From an uncultured bacterium (GTDB lineage: Bacteria > Armatimonadota > Abditibacteriia > Abditibacteriales > Abditibacteriaceae), in assembly GCA_963843795.1 (NCBI GenBank), contig CAWJLW010000006.1, positions 2,108,001-2,172,000 of the forward strand: a DNA stretch of 64,000 bases, read 5' to 3'. The notes below the pieces were generated by a model. The model was not told the DNA's origin, searched no databases, and saw only the letters and a program-made list of their open reading frames with translations. Positions 59,440 to 64,000 of this stretch are shown piece by piece. How positions within the stretch are numbered: the stretch's first letter is position 1; the number at the start of each line of letters is the position of its first letter. The position numbers were made by a program, and so were the translations under genes.

Positions 59440-60018
59440 ATGAAAATTGAAGCCCAACCGGGCGATTTATTTTTGTTCACCAAAGCGCGCGGCATGAACA
59501 AACTGATTACGTGGTTTTCGCAATCGCCATGGTATCATGTCGCGATTTACGCGGGTGGCCCATTTGTGGTCGAAGCGCGCCCCCGCGGCGTGGTGCGACG
59601 CGATTTGCGCGGGCCAGATGGCGATAAAGATTTCCAAGTCGTGCCCGCTCCATGCAAGCGCTCGGTTGCCGTGCAAGCGCTGCATAACGCTGAATCACAT
59701 ATCGGCAAAGGCTACGATCCGCTTAACGTAATAGCGTTGGTTTTGGATCGTGCTTTGTGGGCCAAAATTCCCTCGATTAATAATGAACGCTGGTCGTGTG
59801 GCGAATTGGTCACCGATGCGTTTCGCAACGCCGGTTTCGACCCGCTGCCCGGGATGGAAGCTGAAGATGTGCTACCTTCGGATTTCGCGCGCTATCTGCC
59901 GCCCGATAGCCCGGTTTACCACGGCGCACATTCCGGTCATTGGGTACGCGATTTTCAATGCGAATGGCCCGGCCCATCGTGGGAAAAGTTTCGCCATGGA
60001 CAATCTCACCAAGGCTGA
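59440..60018 (+). CDS. Permuted papain-like NlpC/P60 (YiiX/YebB-like) protein
   Basis: QPGDL, WYHVAIY, VVEA, GKGYD, WSCGELV (His before Cys). Confidence 0.8.
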   Translation: MKIEAQPGDLFLFTKARGMNKLITWFSQSPWYHVAIYAGGPFVVEARPRGVVRRDLRGPDGDKDFQVVPAPCKRSVAVQALHNAESHIGKGYDPLNVIALVLDRALWAKIPSINNERWSCGELVTDAFRNAGFDPLPGMEAEDVLPSDFARYLPPDSPVYHGAHSGHWVRDFQCEWPGPSWEKFRHGQSHQG

Positions 60019-60316
60019 CGGTTTGCATCCAAACCGTGCGCGTTGCCAGTTGTGCGAACGCGCAGTTTCAAACCTGACTTTGCATCATCTGGTGCCGCGT
60101 TCGCGCGGCAAGAAGCGCGGACACAAAGTTCACGAGTTGCCGACCGCGTGGCTTTGTCCCGCCTGCCATCGGCAATTGCACGTTTTGTTTTCCAACCGTG
60201 AATTGGAAGCTCAGGGCGCAACTATCGAACAACTGCGCCGCGACCCGCGCGTCCAAAAATTTTTGCATTGGGTTCGCAAACAAGACCCCGACAAACAAAT
60301 CCGCGTGCGCCGCTAA
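59996..60316 (+). CDS. Small HNH-family nuclease-like protein
   Basis: [25 protein letters not shown]. Confidence 0.8.
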   Translation: MDNLTKADGLHPNRARCQLCERAVSNLTLHHLVPRSRGKKRGHKVHELPTAWLCPACHRQLHVLFSNRELEAQGATIEQLRRDPRVQKFLHWVRKQDPDKQIRVRR

Positions 60317-60359
60317 AACCCGAAACCCCGACTATCAAAAATCGCTACACTTTATGCGT

Positions 60360-60929
60360 ATGATTTTGATGATCGACAATTTCGATTCGTTCACCTATAA
60401 CTTAGTCCAATATTTGGGCGAAATGGGTTTGGAACTGCAAGTGCGCCGCAATGATGACATTACCTTGGATGAAATCGCGCAACTCAAGCCCTCGCACCTG
60501 ATTATTTCGCCTGGCCCGTGTTCGCCTAACGAAGCCGGCGTTTCGGTCGCGTCCATCGAGCGCTTCGCGGGTGAATTGCCAATTTTGGGAGTGTGCTTGG
60601 GCCATCAAGCCATCGGACAAGCGTTCGGTGGCAACATCGTGCGGGCGCAATCACTGATGCACGGCAAAACCAGCCCAATTCACCACGACAATCGCGGCGT
60701 TTTCAGTAACCTGCCTTCACCTTTCGATGCCACGCGCTATCATTCTCTGGTCATTGAACGCTCGACATTTCCCGATTGCTTGGAAATCAGTGCGGAAACC
60801 GAAGACGGCGAAATCATGGGAGTGCGCCACAAAACCCTGCCACTCGAAGGCGTGCAATTCCACCCCGAAAGCATTCTCACTGGCGAACATGGCAAGACGA
60901 TTTTGCGCAACTTTATCGAGAGATTCTAA
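60360..60929 (+). CDS. trpG: Anthranilate/aminodeoxychorismate synthase glutamine amidotransferase component II
   Basis: [34 protein letters not shown] (could equally be pabA). Confidence 0.93.
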   Translation: MILMIDNFDSFTYNLVQYLGEMGLELQVRRNDDITLDEIAQLKPSHLIISPGPCSPNEAGVSVASIERFAGELPILGVCLGHQAIGQAFGGNIVRAQSLMHGKTSPIHHDNRGVFSNLPSPFDATRYHSLVIERSTFPDCLEISAETEDGEIMGVRHKTLPLEGVQFHPESILTGEHGKTILRNFIERF

Positions 60930-60934
60930 GACCA

Positions 60935-61000
60935 AGAGATTGTAAGACCAAAATGCAGGCTGCAAGTACTTGCAGCCTGCATTTTGGTCTTACAATCTCT
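60935..61000. repeat. 66-bp perfect palindrome centred on the 12-mer between convergent trpG and polX
   Basis: AGAGATTGTAAGACCAAAATGCAGGCTGCAAGT|ACTTGCAGCCTGCATTTTGGTCTTACAATCTCT. Confidence 0.95.
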
Positions 61001-61011
61001 CGCATCTTCAT

Positions 61012-62709
61012 TTAACGCTGCGCTTTAGTACGTTGCAGCCACGCTTTTAATTCATCCGCCGATTTACAATTCAGAACATTGGCTTCTTCGCACCACGCGC
61101 GGCGTGCAGTCGTCACGCCGAGTTCGATGTTGCCCAACATCCGCGTCGAGTGTGCGTCGGTGTCGATGCATAGCAAAACGCCCGCATCACGCGCTAATCG
61201 GGCGTTTTCTGCACTGAGGTCGAGGCGCTGGCTGGCATTGATTTCCAGCGCGGTATCGTGTTCGCGCGCGGCGGCGATGAGGGCTTCGACATCGACATCG
61301 TAACCGGGGCGACCGCCCAAAATCCGGCCAGTTGGATGCGCGATAAGATCAACAGCGGGATGAGAAATTGCGCGCACCATGCGCGCGGTTTGTTCTTCGC
61401 GCGATAGGTTGAAAGCGGAATGCACACTGCCAATGACGAAATCTAATTCGTGCAAAATTTCGTCGTCCAAATCTAAAGTGCCATCGCGCAAAATGTCGCA
61501 TTCGACGCCGCGCAGAATAAGCAAATTGGGAAACTGCTGGCGTGCGGCTTCAATTTCCTGCGCTTGTTCACGCAAACGCGCTGCGGTGAGGCCATTAGTC
61601 ATGGCCAGAGCTTTGGAATGGTCGGTGACGGCGAAATACTCGTAGCCACGCGCGCTCATCACTTCAGCCATTTGTGCAATCGTCGCGACCCCATCGCTCC
61701 AGGTTGAATGCGTGTGCAAATCGCCGCGAATGTCGGAAATTTCCAGCAATCGGGGCAGCGTGTTTTGGGTCGCAGCTTGCCATTCGCCGCGCCCTTCGCG
61801 CAGTTCGGGCACGATGAAAGGCACTTGCAGGCTTGCGTAAATTTCCTCTTCGTCCGAACTTTCGGCCAGCAACAAGCCCCACGCCAGACCAAGTTCAACT
61901 GCACGATTTTCGGCCTGCTCCAAATGCGCGGGCGAACCGGTCATCGAAAGGCGTGATGCGCCAAAGTCTGCCGGGCCGCTGCAACGCAGCAGCACTTCGA
62001 AACCGCCACGCACTGTGACGCGCGCGGCACTCATAGTGCGTTCAACGACATCAAGCACGACCGGCAAAGTCGTGAACACATCTAAAGCGCTCCGAAAATT
62101 GTCGCAGCGTGCCAGGAGTTCAATCGAAGGTACGGTTTCACAGCCGCGCCGCACATCGCCAACGATTTCAACGCGCTCCATTATGGGCGCTTGTCGCAGC
62201 AGATCGCATAAAGAATTTGCCAGCGCAAGCGCTTCGCCAAGGGGCAGTTCCTGCGTGGTTTGCTCCAAGCGCTCGATACCTTGCGCGATGTTTTGTAGCG
62301 CTTTGGGTCCGAAACCGGAAACGTCTTTCAACGCGCCGCTTTCGATGGCTTGTTTTAAAGCCGCTACTGAACTGATGTTTTGCTCGCGATACAGTTGCGC
62401 GACGCGCTTGGGCCCAAGGCCGGGTACTCGCAAAACATCGATCAGCCCGGGCGGATATTCTTCGCGCAAACGTTCGAGATAACGCATCTGGCCCGTAGCG
62501 ACATATTCGCGGATTTTGGCGGCGGTTGCTTCGCCAATGCCTTCGAGTTCGCGCAACGATTTTTCTTCGACATCTTCAATCGGTTCGGGATAAGCGGCAA
62601 CGGCTTCGGCGGCGCGCTTGTAGGCGCGAATTTTAAACGGGTTTTCGCCCGCCACTTCCATCAGGGCGGCAATTTCATCGAAGTGTGCGACGATGCGTGC
62701 ATTTTCCAT
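61012..62709 (-). CDS. polX: DNA polymerase X family / PHP 3'-5' exonuclease
   Basis: ENPFKIRAY, VPGLGPKR HhH, PELRE, PHP motifs DLHTHSTWSDG, TDHS, IAHPTGR, DTDAH. Confidence 0.93.
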   Translation of the reverse strand: MENARIVAHFDEIAALMEVAGENPFKIRAYKRAAEAVAAYPEPIEDVEEKSLRELEGIGEATAAKIREYVATGQMRYLERLREEYPPGLIDVLRVPGLGPKRVAQLYREQNISSVAALKQAIESGALKDVSGFGPKALQNIAQGIERLEQTTQELPLGEALALANSLCDLLRQAPIMERVEIVGDVRRGCETVPSIELLARCDNFRSALDVFTTLPVVLDVVERTMSAARVTVRGGFEVLLRCSGPADFGASRLSMTGSPAHLEQAENRAVELGLAWGLLLAESSDEEEIYASLQVPFIVPELREGRGEWQAATQNTLPRLLEISDIRGDLHTHSTWSDGVATIAQMAEVMSARGYEYFAVTDHSKALAMTNGLTAARLREQAQEIEAARQQFPNLLILRGVECDILRDGTLDLDDEILHELDFVIGSVHSAFNLSREEQTARMVRAISHPAVDLIAHPTGRILGGRPGYDVDVEALIAAAREHDTALEINASQRLDLSAENARLARDAGVLLCIDTDAHSTRMLGNIELGVTTARRAWCEEANVLNCKSADELKAWLQRTKAQR

Positions 62710-62842
62710 ATTTCATCAGCGACATTAAATTGAAATTACGCCCCTGCAAGTACTTGCAGAGCCGATTTGGCACGCACGCACCGCAAAAGCCACGCCCAAC
62801 AAACGCGCTGCAGTGCAAGTACTTGCCAGTTGAATGTTAGTG

Positions 62843-64000
62843 TTATGAAACAACTTCGTCGATTTGCCAAAGGAAAAGTGTGACGAATTGCGGTGTGTCG
62901 TCGATATTTTGAACCTGAAGATTGGCGACCGGCTGCGTACCCCACGCGACCAGATAGCTGCTATTTTCGTTGATTTGTGCTTGAGCCAGCGCTGCACTCA
63001 AAGCCGCACTCGCCATCTTCTGCCGCGCATCGGTGCCTTCATCGGGAAAAATCGCTTCGATTTGGCTTTTCGTTAAAATCCATGTGGCTCCGTTCTGACT
63101 GGAAGCAGTGAGGTCAACGCTGTCTTTCGAGGCAACAGTCGCGGTAGCGCCGCTTTTCAAATCGCCCAGCGCACTGGCGCGGCGTTTTTCGATCCAGACT
63201 GCGCCGCGCCAATCGAAAGGCGTGCGATTGGAAACCGAGAATCTTGGCCCATTACGCTGCAAAACCACGCCCCGTCCGCCATCGATAACCGCGTGGCCGA
63301 CGAAAGTTTTGTAATCCCACATATTGATCGGTGCTTCTTCGATTTTCATGCTGCGGTCGATGGCAGATTGCACGATTTCCGAATTATCCAGCGCATCGCT
63401 GCGGCGCGCGTCGGCAAAGGGCGCCACGCTCATGGTCGCCAGATCGTTGCCTGCGGCGTTTTGGCCTTCAATGGCGTAGGAAGTTTTGCGCGGCGAAAAC
63501 AGCCACAGCAGGCTGTCGGCGCGCGCGCGTCCGCTCTCATTGCTGCCGAAAACAATATTGACCTGACGCTGGCGCACCTGCGTGCCTTTGATGCGCAGCG
63601 CGGCCACAAACGACAGCACGGAAAAAACGATGACTACTAAAGGCACAGTCAGCCACGCCAGTTCGCGCCGATCTATCGCGCGTAAAACGACATAGTTCAC
63701 CGGCACCAGAAAGAAAACATACAAGGCCAAAAACCACGCGATAGCCGATGAAGGCGGCGTTTTCAGTTGCGGTGAACGCACCATTTCTCCACGCAGACGA
63801 TCGGCCAACGCCGAAGCCGAACTACTGTCGTTCATGTCGGCAGTGCGCCGGTAATAATTCGCTGAAGAATAATTGCTCGGCCCACCGAAACTTTCCATCT
63901 GCGGATCGACGCCTTCCATACCCAACGTTTGAGAGCGCAGAGCAAAAATATTGGCCCACAGCAAATTTTGTCCGCTCCAACCGATAAACGGTGGCCGCGT
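62843..64000 (-). CDS. Hypothetical membrane protein, 5' end outside the window
   Basis: Long ORF; FLALYVFFLVPVNYVVL...ELAWLTVP TM pair. Confidence 0.7.
   Translation of the reverse strand, partial: TRPPFIGWSGQNLLWANIFALRSQTLGMEGVDPQMESFGGPSNYSSANYYRRTADMNDSSSASALADRLRGEMVRSPQLKTPPSSAIAWFLALYVFFLVPVNYVVLRAIDRRELAWLTVPLVVIVFSVLSFVAALRIKGTQVRQRQVNIVFGSNESGRARADSLLWLFSPRKTSYAIEGQNAAGNDLATMSVAPFADARRSDALDNSEIVQSAIDRSMKIEEAPINMWDYKTFVGHAVIDGGRGVVLQRNGPRFSVSNRTPFDWRGAVWIEKRRASALGDLKSGATATVASKDSVDLTASSQNGATWILTKSQIEAIFPDEGTDARQKMASAALSAALAQAQINENSSYLVAWGTQPVANLQVQNIDDTPQFVTLFLWQIDEVVS

Larger units (their letters stand above)
1219..62826. repeat. Dispersed highly iterated 12-bp palindrome GCAAGTACTTGC (about 48 exact copies plus variants)
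   Basis: Exact copies start at approximately 1219, 2689, 2846, 5578, 6833, 7928, 12070, 12494, 13074, 13842, 13852, 15944, 18790, 19761, 21277, 22484, 23572, 25154, 25203, 27559, 29128, 29395, 30533, 33244, 37281, 38510, 39023, 39937, 41007, 42432, 43184, 43816, 45245, 46145, 47245, 48695, 48707, 52088, 53945, 54855, 55690, 56789, 57796, 58459, 59396, 60962, 62746, 62815 (found by eye). Confidence 0.97.

Noticed and set aside
59996..60316. HNH protein as the mobiliser of the palindromes or as a mobile element
   Set aside because: It resembles a common stand-alone small HNH family, has no element ends, and no link is visible from sequence.
1219..62826. Adapter or cloning artefact explanation for the 12-mer
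   Set aside because: Copies sit in frame within intact conserved genes, show natural variants and compensated changes, and concentrate at gene ends.

Overview
A 64 kb chromosomal segment from a bacterium of moderately high GC content. The DUF1559/prepilin protein style ([28 protein letters not shown]) points to Abditibacteriota/Armatimonadota, which is an inference. Most of the window is housekeeping: thrS-infC-rpmI-rplT, pyrH, queF, gcvT-H-PA-PB, mdh, birA, uvsE, tpx, trpG/pabA, polX, a TolC/MFP efflux pair, a two-component system, a GH43 plus sugar ABC operon and a CHASE2-PAS-GGDEF-EAL protein. I found no rRNA, tRNA, CRISPR array or transposase. Three signals stand out. (1) The 12-bp palindrome GCAAGTACTTGC occurs about 48 times exactly (counted by eye), plus variants. 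It lies at most gene boundaries and inside CDSs in all three frames, and seeds perfect loopless palindromes up to 66 bp with partly locus-specific arms. (2) A secreted, Cys-containing leader ORF ending in the ribosome-arrest motif RAPP sits upstream of an unannotated 38-aa, 12-Cys metallothionein-like peptide whose start region can pair with the arrest-codon region. (3) An uncharacterised operon encodes an asparagine-synthetase-like PP-loop ATPase, an archaeal RaSEA-like radical SAM enzyme and a flavin halogenase-like protein. Also present are a stand-alone C-terminal half of CarB, a polymerase-dead-looking PolX, an IF3 with a non-canonical start and acidic tail, and several single-base frameshifts that are probably assembly errors.
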